A stretch of 61,590 nucleotides of DNA from a virus. Its lineage: Duplodnaviria > Caudoviricetes. The notes beneath the pieces were generated by a model. It saw only the letters and a list, made by a program, of their open reading frames with translations. It did not search any database and was not told the origin of the DNA. The position numbers and the translations under genes are program-made. The stretch is from positions 1-61,590 of the IMG/VR virus record IMGVR_UViG_3300032053_000072. One strand, 5' to 3'. Position 1 is the first letter of the stretch. Every line of letters starts with the position of its first letter. Positions 28,282 through 37,710 of the stretch are shown here, in pieces.

Positions 28282-28542
28282 CTAGCTCGTAGACCCCGAA
28301 TGGCTGGCTTCATACACGGCATTATCCGAGCGTTCTGTCTGCTCCGATTCCGGTTTCTCCCCGCACCGCTCATCATAGTGCTGCATCAGCGCGGTGCGCT
28401 CAACATTGGCGGCCCACTTTGCAAGGCACGCAAAACCGCAGAAGTCGAATTCCAGCCTAGACGATACAGTCAGCCAGAGTCGGTCTGTCGTCTCTTCGGG
28501 ACATTCCCGACCGCACTGGTCGCAGCGTAGTATCCGGCTCAT
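28282..28542 (-). CDS. Small Zn-binding hypothetical protein
   Basis: CDQC...CGFAC; RBS AAGGAG. Confidence 0.6.
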   Translation of the reverse strand: MSRILRCDQCGRECPEETTDRLWLTVSSRLEFDFCGFACLAKWAANVERTALMQHYDERCGEKPESEQTERSDNAVYEASHSGSTS

Positions 28543-28543
28543 C

Positions 28544-28708
28544 TCAGGCGCACTCCTTCTGGCGCTCTTTCAGGGCCAAGATTTCGGCCCGCAATTCCTC
28601 ATAGTCGAGCGTCTCAACATCATCCACGGCTGTATCACGATCTAGCAGCAGGCATACCAACCCGCGCCAGATAAACGGATTCTGGTACTCATTGCTCCGG
28701 CTGGTCAT
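28544..28708 (-). CDS. 54-aa hypothetical protein (below the ORF-track cutoff)
   Basis: MTSRSNEYQ...ERQKECA; RBS AAGGAG; TGATG coupling. Confidence 0.6.
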   Translation of the reverse strand: MTSRSNEYQNPFIWRGLVCLLLDRDTAVDDVETLDYEELRAEILALKERQKECA

Positions 28709-28896
28709 CAGGCGCACTCCTTTGCGTGCTGGCGCTCTCGCTCTTGCAGCAATTGTACCACATCCTCAAGCCGAATCGAATTCGTATGCTTCACCCCGCC
28801 GTGGCGACTCTCGATCACGAACACCCCATCATGCACGCGGGCGTATGGCTGATGGCAGTCGCCGCAGCGGATGTAGCCGCGCTCGTCAACGGTCAT
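28708..28896 (-). CDS. Small Zn-binding protein
   Basis: IRCGDC...RHGGVKH. Confidence 0.6.
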   Translation of the reverse strand: MTVDERGYIRCGDCHQPYARVHDGVFVIESRHGGVKHTNSIRLEDVVQLLQERERQHAKECA

Positions 28897-28960
28897 ACGA
28901 CCTGCTGAGGCGTTTGCTCAGACGGCTGAGCCTGCGGTTGCAACACCAACAGATCAGGCA

Positions 28961-30874
28961 TTATCGCTTGTGCGATTGGGTCCACCGGGCATGCTGACCG
29001 CCAATACGTCGCCCCAGGTATGAGTTGAAACTGTCATGAATAGTCTGAGCACTACTGAAATCCCATTTACCAATCTGGGCACTAATGGCAGGCACTGAAA
29101 CTGCCCGTGAGAGGCGATCCAGAACCAGACGCTGGCGGGCATGGTCAGCAACTAGTTCTGTCGTCGGATTACGATGGCCCATCAGTTCCAGGACACTACG
29201 CGAACGCTCTGTGTCCAGTGGCACAGCGCTAGCATCATTCAGCACTTGGTTCACCACATCAGCCGTGTTGTATTTGCGTCCAGCAATCGTACGATTCTCA
29301 CCGCCTGTAGCGTTGCCCTCAGGCACTCCATTACCTGTGCTACTACCACTACTGCCCCCGCCATCGGGCGCACTCCCCCCCATTTCCCCTGGCCTGCCGG
29401 CGTGTCCCCAATTGCCGCTGCCGGGGCCGCCTTTCGCAACAGCATTGGTCTCTCCAGACGCTTGCCGCTCTGCAGGCAGCACGCTAGCCTGCGTCTGCGT
29501 TTGCTCCTGGGCGGCCTGTTGCGCTGCCGCCTCAGCCGCGGCCGTCCGTTCGTCCTCAGTGGCCTGTTGCTCCGCCTCCTGCATCGCCCTTGCTTCCTCC
29601 GACTTCTCGGGCAGCTTGGCCGCCTGGCGAATGTACGCCTCCAGCGCCTCGTCGGGGAACAACGGCATGCCAACCCCCGCCATCTTGTTCAAGAACTCTG
29701 ACAGTACCACCAGGTCTGGCGTGTCTATCTCACTGACCTCCAGCGTCGGGTTCAACTCCTCCGGAAAGCCATTCAATGCCGTAAGACGCGGAATCGCGTA
29801 GCGATTGAACACGGCGGCAATGTCGTTTGCCCAGGCTTGCAGGGCCATGCTAAACAGCCGTGTCTTGCTAGTACTGAGTGCAAACGACCCAACAGCCTCG
29901 TGGCCTAACAGGATGAAGTCAGCGAGCACGGTCATAGCAATGCGCTGGTCGTAACGCGCGATCACCTTGTCCGTGTCAAACTGGCGCGACCCTCCCGTAG
30001 AGAGCAGCGTCAGGTCATAGACCTTGTGGCCTGCCTCGTCGTAGGCCACCGGGAAGATCACACCCTCCTGCGCATCGCGCCGGATGTTGGCGACGATCTG
30101 TTTGAGCGCCGTGAGCACCGCCTTGTCCGCGGCCGGCGCGTTGGAATCCAGAATGCGAGGCGGCACCCAGGCTACCGGCAAGCCTGCCAGGTCGCGCTCG
30201 ATGCCCACCGCCTCGATCTCCTGGATACGCTTCTTGAAATAATAGGGCTGATAGCAGGAACGCAAGACCGAGCGGCCTTCGGGATTGCCCTTCTGCGCCT
30301 GCGTCCTGAATAGCAAGGCTTTCTCGATCGGGATCGTGATAATCTGGTAGTCAGGGGGAGAGGATTGGATCATGGCCTGGACGCCGCCAGTCTCGTCGAA
30401 TACCCATTCCTGCAGCGTATCCTGAGCGCGAATCGGTATCTTACGCCAGCCTATCTTGCCATCGCTGTACTTAGATCGCTTCGTCGCGTCAGCGTTAGGC
30501 CCCTGCCGAAGCTTGTAACAGATCTCTGTATAGGCCCACCCGTAGACAAGCAGGGAGAGGATGCCGGAGATCATCTCCTCCCAGGTCATACTCATGTCGC
30601 CGCGGCAGGACTCCACGAACTCCGCCACTTCCTTGGCCTTGGGAGTCGTATCTGCTGGTTCCACACGCCAAGTGGCCTGCCGAATAAGCATGTCCACGGC
30701 AAAGAGGACAGCAGCAATGACGGGATCGTTCGCGGACATCTCCTTGTAGACTTTTGTGGCCCGGTTGCCGCGCAACTCAAGCAGGAACTCCTCGTAGACG
30801 TAGCCCCCTGTCCGAACGAGCCCCGTTTTCCCTAATTCTGCGAGATCTACAGCAGGTTTAGCCACCACTCTCAA
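28961..30874 (-). CDS. Portal protein (Mu gp29/DUF935-like) with C-terminal extension
   Basis: GNPEGRSVLR, GIERDLAGLP and GSFALS; extension begins GGPGSGNWGHAGRPG. Confidence 0.9.
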   Translation of the reverse strand: MRVVAKPAVDLAELGKTGLVRTGGYVYEEFLLELRGNRATKVYKEMSANDPVIAAVLFAVDMLIRQATWRVEPADTTPKAKEVAEFVESCRGDMSMTWEEMISGILSLLVYGWAYTEICYKLRQGPNADATKRSKYSDGKIGWRKIPIRAQDTLQEWVFDETGGVQAMIQSSPPDYQIITIPIEKALLFRTQAQKGNPEGRSVLRSCYQPYYFKKRIQEIEAVGIERDLAGLPVAWVPPRILDSNAPAADKAVLTALKQIVANIRRDAQEGVIFPVAYDEAGHKVYDLTLLSTGGSRQFDTDKVIARYDQRIAMTVLADFILLGHEAVGSFALSTSKTRLFSMALQAWANDIAAVFNRYAIPRLTALNGFPEELNPTLEVSEIDTPDLVVLSEFLNKMAGVGMPLFPDEALEAYIRQAAKLPEKSEEARAMQEAEQQATEDERTAAAEAAAQQAAQEQTQTQASVLPAERQASGETNAVAKGGPGSGNWGHAGRPGEMGGSAPDGGGSSGSSTGNGVPEGNATGGENRTIAGRKYNTADVVNQVLNDASAVPLDTERSRSVLELMGHRNPTTELVADHARQRLVLDRLSRAVSVPAISAQIGKWDFSSAQTIHDSFNSYLGRRIGGQHARWTQSHKR

Positions 30875-32285
30875 ATCTCCAGGGGTTCACTTGCTCAATG
30901 CTGATAGGGACAGGAATGGAAATGGCATCCGGCTGCTCGCAGGCTGCCCAGGCAAGGGCCAATGCCATCACGGTGTCATCGTGGTTCGTACCCGCCGCAG
31001 CCAAGCGCCACAGCCCCCCAGCCGTCTGGCTGGCCACAAAGTTTGCCAACTCGTGCTCCAGCACCGGACAAGGCTGTAATTGCAACCCTTTCTCGTGCAG
31101 CCCTTCATGCAGGGTTGCCATGATGTCTGCCTTGCTGGCATTGGTGGTCTCGAAGGGTCGCACTACCAGCCCCAGCTTCTGTAACTCCTCGATATTGACC
31201 CCACCAATGCTATTGTCCTCGGCAAGCAGAAATGACAGATGCCAGCGGCCATAGCATTCGGCAATGCGCCGGCGAATCTCCCCCCACGGTAGATGGCGCA
31301 CGTGCAGCAACTCTACGTGTCGCCTTGCCGTCTTGTCCACCACCACCAGTGCCGTGTAGTCATTCGCCTGTCCAAAGTCCAGGCCGGCGCGGTATTCATG
31401 CCCCTTCTGGTGCTGAGTTGGTACAGGTGCCACGAAACAGTCCGCGACGTTGCCGAAGTAGCTGTCGCCGCTGGTCAGGAAGCAATTGTACGGGTCTTCC
31501 GGGTATTCTTGAATGAAAAACCCTTTGAGTTCGGCCTGCTTGCCGCGACGCCATTTGATCTGCTCTGAGGAGAGGCCATGCCGCTCAGCCATCCCCTTCT
31601 CCTCTGGCGTGTAGGCCAGCGTCTCGCCAGGTTCTAGCGCTATCCGATAGTCGTCATCCCACCACCACGGGTAGAAGTGCAGCTTCCAACCACCTTGCCC
31701 GAGAAGCGCCTCCATGCACTTGTCGTAAAACCAACCTTGTGCGCCGTTAGGCGTGCTCTCCAGCACCGTGTCAGGTGAGCCGCCTTGCATAGCGCCGGCC
31801 ATGATCCGCTCGGCATCCGGCCAAAAGGCGACCTCGCTGCCGTGGCAATCTGAGTAGGTGTCGCCGCGACCGATCTCGACGCTGCCAGCGGTAGCGATGA
31901 TGGAGGTGCTGTCGAACTCTGGATAGGTGGCCAGGCTGGCGTTGCTGTATCGACGCGCCGGCTGCGCGTTGCCAAAGCGGCAATGCTCCCAGAAGCGGTC
32001 AGCCATGCGCCGGAGTTTCTGGGTGCTCTCATAGTCGTGAGCCATCGTCATCGTCGTGCGCGTGGTCGTCACCGTCCGCCGAAACAACTCGCCCTGTATC
32101 ACGGTGCTGAACCCCAGTTGCCGCGCCTTGAGCACCAGGTCACGGCCGGTGCGATTGGCCATGAAGTCGCGTTGGGCACGATTGAAGCGAAACCGCACCA
32201 ACTCTTTGTCCTTGTCCAATATCCACAAGAAGTGACGGGCAAAGAGGGCGGGATCATTCAGGACTTGGGATGGCGTGACCATCAC
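30858..32285 (-). CDS. terL: Terminase large subunit
   Basis: LKARQLGFST, SEVAFW, ESTPNG, GLDFG and HDDTVMALALA. Confidence 0.95.
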   Translation of the reverse strand: MMVTPSQVLNDPALFARHFLWILDKDKELVRFRFNRAQRDFMANRTGRDLVLKARQLGFSTVIQGELFRRTVTTTRTTMTMAHDYESTQKLRRMADRFWEHCRFGNAQPARRYSNASLATYPEFDSTSIIATAGSVEIGRGDTYSDCHGSEVAFWPDAERIMAGAMQGGSPDTVLESTPNGAQGWFYDKCMEALLGQGGWKLHFYPWWWDDDYRIALEPGETLAYTPEEKGMAERHGLSSEQIKWRRGKQAELKGFFIQEYPEDPYNCFLTSGDSYFGNVADCFVAPVPTQHQKGHEYRAGLDFGQANDYTALVVVDKTARRHVELLHVRHLPWGEIRRRIAECYGRWHLSFLLAEDNSIGGVNIEELQKLGLVVRPFETTNASKADIMATLHEGLHEKGLQLQPCPVLEHELANFVASQTAGGLWRLAAAGTNHDDTVMALALAWAACEQPDAISIPVPISIEQVNPWRFESGG

Positions 32286-32682
32286 TCTCCACTTTCCGCA
32301 CGAAGTCTGCCCAACTCAGAGCCACGCCTACTTGTCCGCTATGCTCTTGCTGTATGCGAGTCGTCTCACGGTATATCTCCGGGCGATGTGCCTTGAGCAA
32401 AAAGATCAGCAAGAGGTCACTGGAGGACCGTGCCCGCTGCCAAGCTTCCGCCGCCAGCACGTCGCAAGCGTCCTCTAGCGCCTCGTCCCAGTGCCGAGCG
32501 AAGCCCTTGTATTGATGGCGGTTCCGGTAGGCCGTACGGCGGTCGATGCCGGCTGCCTGGCAAGCAGCGCGCACATTGCCACTATTGCGCAGCGCGGCTA
32601 GGAAACGCGGCCACCACTCCCGCCCTTTTTCTGGTGTGGCATTCTCGGCTATCGTGGCGATGTTGAGGCGTTCGGCGTTCAT
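32254..32682 (-). CDS. terS: Terminase small subunit (HTH)
   Basis: FLAAL..GNVRAAC.AAGI.R.TAY...SDLLLIFLLK.HRPE.YRE; adjacent to terL. Confidence 0.85.
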   Translation of the reverse strand: MNAERLNIATIAENATPEKGREWWPRFLAALRNSGNVRAACQAAGIDRRTAYRNRHQYKGFARHWDEALEDACDVLAAEAWQRARSSSDLLLIFLLKAHRPEIYRETTRIQQEHSGQVGVALSWADFVRKVESDGHAIPSPE

Positions 32683-32699
32683 GCGGCGTCGGCGCAAGC

Positions 32700-32735
32700 A
32701 AAAGCGCCCGACCAGACAGGCAGAGGTCGGGCGCT
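32700..32735 (-). terminator. Intrinsic terminator-like hairpin upstream of terS
   Basis: 11-bp stem AGCGCCCGACC/GGTCGGGCGCT followed by TTTGC. Confidence 0.65.
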
Positions 32736-32754
32736 CAGCAGGAGTGGATAAACG

Positions 32755-33552
32755 CTAGGGCAGATAGGCGCGTAGATCCTCTTTGAGGTAGTAGCGACAG
32801 CCGAGCGATTCCAGCAGGTCGCGCACTTGCCAGGCAAAGAGCGGCCAATCTGTTTGGCGAGCGCGCTCGTGGTAATTGAGCGTCCCGACCTTGTACTCAT
32901 CCACGAACGTGTGAGTCTCGCGGACGATCTGCATGGTGATATCGGGGTCAATGACAGGTTCGAGGCTGACCCACGTCGGTATCCCGCGCTGGTGGAAGTA
33001 GCGCAGCGTGTCGATACGATCCTCAGGCGCAGCGGCTCCCGGTTCCCACTCTGAACTATTGCCCTTGTCCAGGAATGTGAGCGTAGAAGCGAAGGCATCC
33101 TGAGGCGTGAAGAGATCCGCGTCGCGGATCGCGCGGCTGCCGCCCTTGGTAAGGACACTGAATGGGACGTTGTAGTGCCGGCAGAGTTGGAGCGCCTGGC
33201 GAGTGAGTTGCTCACGAATATCGAGGCGCTGGTAAGGGTCACTGGTGAAACTGAAGAGCACCTGGCGCTGGTCGCCGGATTCGGCGTAGGTGCGGCATTC
33301 CGCCTCCAACTTAGCAATGATGCCAGGGCGCGGCTCGGGCTTTCCGAACGCTTCCCGCGGCGAATGGATAGCGCCCGGAGCGTAGCAGTAGACGCAGCGA
33401 TGGTCGCAGCCGCGGTAGAGGTTGCAGGCGAGTTCCCGATACTCACGCGCCCGACCTTTGGCCTCATAGATGATCTGTCCGTTGCGGAATGGGGTGGAGA
33501 CACGCCACCCTGGCCTCTGAGACTCAAACATTCCGAGTTGCGCTGGATGCAT
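32755..33552 (-). CDS. Radical SAM protein (SPL/Gp37-Gp68-like)
   Basis: NLYRGCDHRCVYCYA; SDPY; WVSLEP. Confidence 0.85.
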   Translation of the reverse strand: MHPAQLGMFESQRPGWRVSTPFRNGQIIYEAKGRAREYRELACNLYRGCDHRCVYCYAPGAIHSPREAFGKPEPRPGIIAKLEAECRTYAESGDQRQVLFSFTSDPYQRLDIREQLTRQALQLCRHYNVPFSVLTKGGSRAIRDADLFTPQDAFASTLTFLDKGNSSEWEPGAAAPEDRIDTLRYFHQRGIPTWVSLEPVIDPDITMQIVRETHTFVDEYKVGTLNYHERARQTDWPLFAWQVRDLLESLGCRYYLKEDLRAYLP

Positions 33553-33598
33553 CGGATGCCTCCTATGCTGGCAAACTGCTTAGCTTTGTATACTATCA

Positions 33599-34231
33599 TT
33601 ATACTATACTTCTTGGCAGTTTGTCTAGTAGGAGGCCGCCGTAGAACATGGTATTTTGCCTCACTCTTTTGGCCACCACACCCGAAACGAGCTTGATGCC
33701 CGCGATCTCAGTGAGCGAACGCACCATCAGGTGGACAATAAGATCCGCATAGCGCGTCAGCAAGCGATAGTCCGAAAGCCCCCTGGCGCCGATGCTGACG
33801 CGTACAATCTCATTGCTCTGATCCTTCATACCCCGCTCTTCGCCACAAGTGAAAGCGAGCCCAAAACGTCCATCTGCCCGCCTGTGAAGAATACGCCGCG
33901 CCACCAGCCAGGGGCTGACATAGCAATCCAGATCGTATACGTTGTACTCGTCTATGGCCAAGCTCTGCACCGCTCGCTCCGCTGACATGCGCAGTGTGGT
34001 GGCGTGGTTGTGTGGCTGCTCTTTGTCCACGCCCAGGTAAGCCTCAGCATCACGCCATACTTCCTGCCACATCCGCCCCGAAGCGCCGCAATAGAGGTCT
34101 AAGACTCGCGGGCTGGGCAACGTATCCATGAGCCAGCGACGCACGGCCACTTTCTGCCAAAGTCCCGTATTATCATACTGTGGGTTCGTTGCTGACTTCA
34201 ATGCGCACCCCAAGCGCCCTGAGCTGCTCAA
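33599..34231 (-). CDS. Class I SAM-dependent methyltransferase-like protein
   Basis: VLDLYCGASG...YDLDCYVSPW; exact start uncertain. Confidence 0.7.
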   Translation of the reverse strand: MSSSGRLGCALKSATNPQYDNTGLWQKVAVRRWLMDTLPSPRVLDLYCGASGRMWQEVWRDAEAYLGVDKEQPHNHATTLRMSAERAVQSLAIDEYNVYDLDCYVSPWLVARRILHRRADGRFGLAFTCGEERGMKDQSNEIVRVSIGARGLSDYRLLTRYADLIVHLMVRSLTEIAGIKLVSGVVAKRVRQNTMFYGGLLLDKLPRSIV

Positions 34232-34769
34232 GGATTGGCATCACATCCGGCAATAACTCATAACCGAAGGTGGCCAAGCACCAGACCGGTCTCTCCGGCA
34301 AGGTCTCAGCATCTATCTCTTCCAGCGTCCTATCGTCCATGTCACCATCGGCTCTCAGCCCCGCATCGTCAGCAAGGTCGCTCAGCATCGCGGTGATCGC
34401 CGCGCTGTCCGTCGTGACCTCGTGGAGCAGCGCGTCTAGTTGTTGCTTGTCCGCGATGGCGAGGGCGCTGAGCGGGTCGTAGGTCGCAAGAATGAGCGCC
34501 TCTTCCTGCTCAGTTAACTCCACATACGTAACGGGCACGGTCGGCTGATGCTCTCGCATGGCCAGGGTAACGCGAAGGTGGCCATCGACTACAGTGCCGC
34601 TAGTCCTGTTGACGATGATATTCTGGACGATACCAACCTGGTGTAGTACAGCGGAGAGTGCTTCCTGTTGAGGTCGAGGATGGACCCTCCAATTACGGCT
34701 GCTAGCTAGGAGTTGGTCTGTGGCTTCTTCACCATAGCCAACAATCCTATTAGCCCAGGGGTTTGACAT
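34173..34769 (-). CDS. ParB/sulfiredoxin-like N-terminal domain protein
   Basis: NWRVHP..Q...IIVN...VVDGHLR. Confidence 0.85.
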   Translation of the reverse strand: MSNPWANRIVGYGEEATDQLLASSRNWRVHPRPQQEALSAVLHQVGIVQNIIVNRTSGTVVDGHLRVTLAMREHQPTVPVTYVELTEQEEALILATYDPLSALAIADKQQLDALLHEVTTDSAAITAMLSDLADDAGLRADGDMDDRTLEEIDAETLPERPVWCLATFGYELLPDVMPILEQLRALGVRIEVSNEPTV

Positions 34770-34821
34770 GCTGGCACGCTCTGCCTTTGACTTGGACCAT
34801 TTTGTAGATGTAGCAATTGCG

Positions 34822-35073
34822 TTACGCTTCGCCACCTACGCCCCCCGCCAGCCGGATAAGCCCCTCGATCCAGTCCTCGGCACCGCGCAACGCCAACTCC
34901 CACTGCTGTACCGCCATCTCGTCCGGCGGCGCCACGTCCTCGCTTGCTGCCGGTGCACCGAGCACCTCGCGGCCAACGCCCAGCAACCGCAGCGCCGCCC
35001 TGAGCGCACTCGCAAGGCTGTGTGCCTGCAGGGGAGCGAGAGCGGGCAAGCCGATGAGACCGAGCTCACTCAT
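34822..35073 (-). CDS. Hypothetical protein
   Basis: Coupled to the upstream membrane gene. Confidence 0.5.
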   Translation of the reverse strand: MSELGLIGLPALAPLQAHSLASALRAALRLLGVGREVLGAPAASEDVAPPDEMAVQQWELALRGAEDWIEGLIRLAGGVGGEA

Positions 35074-35369
35074 GGCTCGCCATTCTCCTCATCATCTTCG
35101 TGCCATGCCGGTACGTGGCCCATATCAATGATCTGGCCGCAGAGAAGTCTCACTCCCCGGCGAAATGACGCGATGCGCCTGCGCAACGTCGCCACCTCGC
35201 ATTCCAGCGCCGTAATCCTTTCGTTGAGTGGCTTGAGCAACAGAAGCACCGCTTCGGTCGTGGCCTTGTTAGCATCGGCATTGCTCCTGCGCCTGGCGGA
35301 GAGGGCGACGATCAGGCCGGCCAGGGCGGTGATGATGGCGACGATGAAGCCGGTATCCATGCCCACCAT
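35070..35369 (-). CDS. Single-TM plus coiled-coil protein (lysis accessory, putative)
   Basis: N-terminal hydrophobic helix followed by a coiled coil. Confidence 0.6.
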   Translation of the reverse strand: MVGMDTGFIVAIITALAGLIVALSARRRSNADANKATTEAVLLLLKPLNERITALECEVATLRRRIASFRRGVRLLCGQIIDMGHVPAWHEDDEENGEP

Positions 35370-35372
35370 GCT

Positions 35373-35627
35373 CTATTCTCGCAGGGCCTTCTGGCCAGAA
35401 TAGAGGCCGGCCGCGGAGAGACCAGCGATGATGCCCGCCAACACCACTAGCGGCCAGGCGTCAGTGAGAACGTCGCCCGCTTTGAAACCGATAGCAGCGA
35501 CGATGCCTAGCACCACCGAGAGGAGGGAGGCATACCGGCCAGTCATACCGCTTTCCTTGGCAACCTGCACGAGACCGACGATCACGCCAGCGGCAAGCAC
35601 CTCGAATACTGCCAGACTCATATTCAC
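35373..35627 (-). CDS. Holin-like membrane protein
   Basis: Three hydrophobic segments; GLSAAGLYSGQK. Confidence 0.75.
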   Translation of the reverse strand: MNMSLAVFEVLAAGVIVGLVQVAKESGMTGRYASLLSVVLGIVAAIGFKAGDVLTDAWPLVVLAGIIAGLSAAGLYSGQKALRE

Positions 35628-35638
35628 CTCAGACGTGC

Positions 35639-35675
35639 AAAAACCGGGGCATCTACTACCCCGGCTATCATCATA
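35639..35675 (-). promoter_or_regulatory. Candidate late promoter -10 (TATGAT) immediately followed by a terminator hairpin
   Basis: atcata 35670-35675; CCGGGG-N9-CCCCGG followed by TTTTT. Confidence 0.55.
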
Positions 35676-35717
35676 CGATATCAGATACCCGATTCCATGA
35701 GTTTGAGGGAAAACCCA

Positions 35718-35957
35718 TTACACCAATTCGCGCGCGGCGATCACCTGCCACTTCCCAGCCGCGTCCTGGTAGATAGGAATGACACGTGAGATAGAGCAGA
35801 GCATCTCATAGGCACCATGCGGAGTGAATCCTGTCAGCAAACCCGCCTGGTGGTTACTAACGGCATCGCCATGTGCCAACGCCCATACAACTTTTGCAGT
35901 TGCTTCCCTCGTGGTTAGTCGCTCCTCTCCCATACACTTCTCCCTTGCCTCTGCCAT
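35718..35957 (-). CDS. Small HTH-like protein, candidate late regulator
   Basis: Last early gene before the late promoter; weak HTH pattern. Confidence 0.45.
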   Translation of the reverse strand: MAEAREKCMGEERLTTREATAKVVWALAHGDAVSNHQAGLLTGFTPHGAYEMLCSISRVIPIYQDAAGKWQVIAARELV

Positions 35958-36126
35958 TCCCGTCTCCCTCAATTGCACACCGGCCAGCACAGCAGCAGTC
36001 CCTCGCATTCCCGACTCACTTCGCGCTGCCGTCGCGCCCAGGTCGACCAGGCAATGTAGCGGCCCAGGAGTGGGACAGTGTACAACCAGGCAGCCAGGAC
36101 GCGTGCCATCCACAGACCGTCAGGCG

Positions 36127-36699
36127 TCATGTTTCCTCCGTTGCCAATATCGCGCCCATGACGCATCCAGGCGCGTGGGTGTTGCTTCCTCCACAGTGAG
36201 GGCATGGCACTCTGGCATAGGCTCTAATACGCCGTATGATCTCGTGCAGCGCTGCCAACCGCTCCTCCGGGGTAGTCCACCAACGCACCTCTTGTGTCAT
36301 GGGCCTTCGATTACCTTGGTAGAACGTCCGGTAGTCATGCCAAGGGCAACCGAGGAAATGCACTGATGGTGCCTTACAATATGGGCACTCATAGCGCCCA
36401 TAGTGCTCATAATACCCATAGCGCCGAATTCCAGCCTCCTCGATAAGTTCGGATACTAACTTTGGCCCTGGAGGCGGGTCGGCGGATACCCGTTCCAAGT
36501 CGATCACGAATGCTTCTAGGATTTGCTCCAATTCTGCGATCTCTGCGACAAAGCTTTCCTCCATTGGCCTAACGATCTGGCCCATTCCCCGGAACTGCCA
36601 ACAATCGCAACCATCCACCGCGCAGGAGACATACGCACCATCGCCCAGAATGTGCTCCTGATTTAGATGCCCACAGAGGCAACGTACCAGCATCGTCAC
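36127..36699 (-). CDS. Cys/His-rich hypothetical protein
   Basis: Repeated CPxC...H..GC motifs. Confidence 0.6.
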   Translation of the reverse strand: MTMLVRCLCGHLNQEHILGDGAYVSCAVDGCDCWQFRGMGQIVRPMEESFVAEIAELEQILEAFVIDLERVSADPPPGPKLVSELIEEAGIRRYGYYEHYGRYECPYCKAPSVHFLGCPWHDYRTFYQGNRRPMTQEVRWWTTPEERLAALHEIIRRIRAYARVPCPHCGGSNTHAPGCVMGAILATEET

Positions 36700-36712
36700 T
36701 CCTCCTCAATGC

Positions 36713-37147
36713 TCATGTTCCACTATCACCAGCCCCAACCAAACCCCGCAGGTGCCGACCGCAGTAGGGACAGAATGTCGCTTCCGGGATTAGGTGGAAT
36801 GCTGTGTTGCGTCCTATCTCGAGGCGTCGGGCAGCCAAACCGTTTGCCATGCCTTCAGCATAGAGTCTGGCATACGTCTGAAACCCAGGACTGTTGGTAT
36901 CAGGAATTTGCCTGTTCCTGTAATCAATGGCATCGGCGGCATGGCCACCACGGGCAACCCAGGCATCGTGAACTAAGTTGCCAGTATTACCATCGGCATC
37001 ATTCGGTTCTCCATACCTAAACCGACCGTCTTGATAGCCATCGGAATACGGTGTGCCAAGCATAATGAGCGGCGGTTCCGGGTTAGACGCCACCTGAGCG
37101 ACGGACGGACAGAGTAGTTCGCGAAACTTGGCAGCCAATCCCATCAT
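36713..37147 (-). CDS. Hypothetical protein with C-terminal Zn ribbon
   Basis: FCPYCGR; RBS GGAGGG. Confidence 0.55.
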   Translation of the reverse strand: MMGLAAKFRELLCPSVAQVASNPEPPLIMLGTPYSDGYQDGRFRYGEPNDADGNTGNLVHDAWVARGGHAADAIDYRNRQIPDTNSPGFQTYARLYAEGMANGLAARRLEIGRNTAFHLIPEATFCPYCGRHLRGLVGAGDSGT

Positions 37148-37378
37148 TCCCCCTCCATCACCGTAGAGGCACCACGTGTTGCCTGATCTGCTGCAGGTCC
37201 CGCTTGATCTGCTGGAGCTCGAGTAGGATCCGCTCCAAAATGTCGTTCGGATGCGGCTGCTTCGCACAAGTGTGGGTAGACTCAGATACCCATGCTCCAC
37301 AATTTAGACAGCACCAACCAGATATAGCCTTTCCGGTATAATCGCTCGCGGGTCCGTTCTCAGTCATTGTTCCCTCCC

Positions 37379-37687
37379 TCAGCGTGCCAATGTGGCAACG
37401 ACGCTTTCCCAGTCGGATGGTCGCCACAAACGCACCTCACATTGCCCTGTTGCTAATAGTGCGTCCAACCATGCCGCCTGGTGCGGGGATACCCTGCCCC
37501 GTTCGCTCTTGAGTTCGGCCCAGACAATGCGACGCCCACGCACCATCGTCAGATCAGGATACCCAGCAGGGCTATGATCAGAACGCCAGGTATGGTAAGT
37601 GCGCCATCCCATCCAGGCAGCCAATTCGAGAACCGTCGCCTGGAACTCACGCTCTGAAATCGCCAAGGTCGGCGCGAGGATTCTCAT
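37379..37687 (-). CDS. VRR-NUC domain nuclease
   Basis: EREFQ...GYPDL...AELK...GRVS..Q..W. Confidence 0.85.
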   Translation of the reverse strand: MRILAPTLAISEREFQATVLELAAWMGWRTYHTWRSDHSPAGYPDLTMVRGRRIVWAELKSERGRVSPHQAAWLDALLATGQCEVRLWRPSDWESVVATLAR

Positions 37688-37710
37688 CCAAAGTCCGCAG
37701 TCGACGGACG

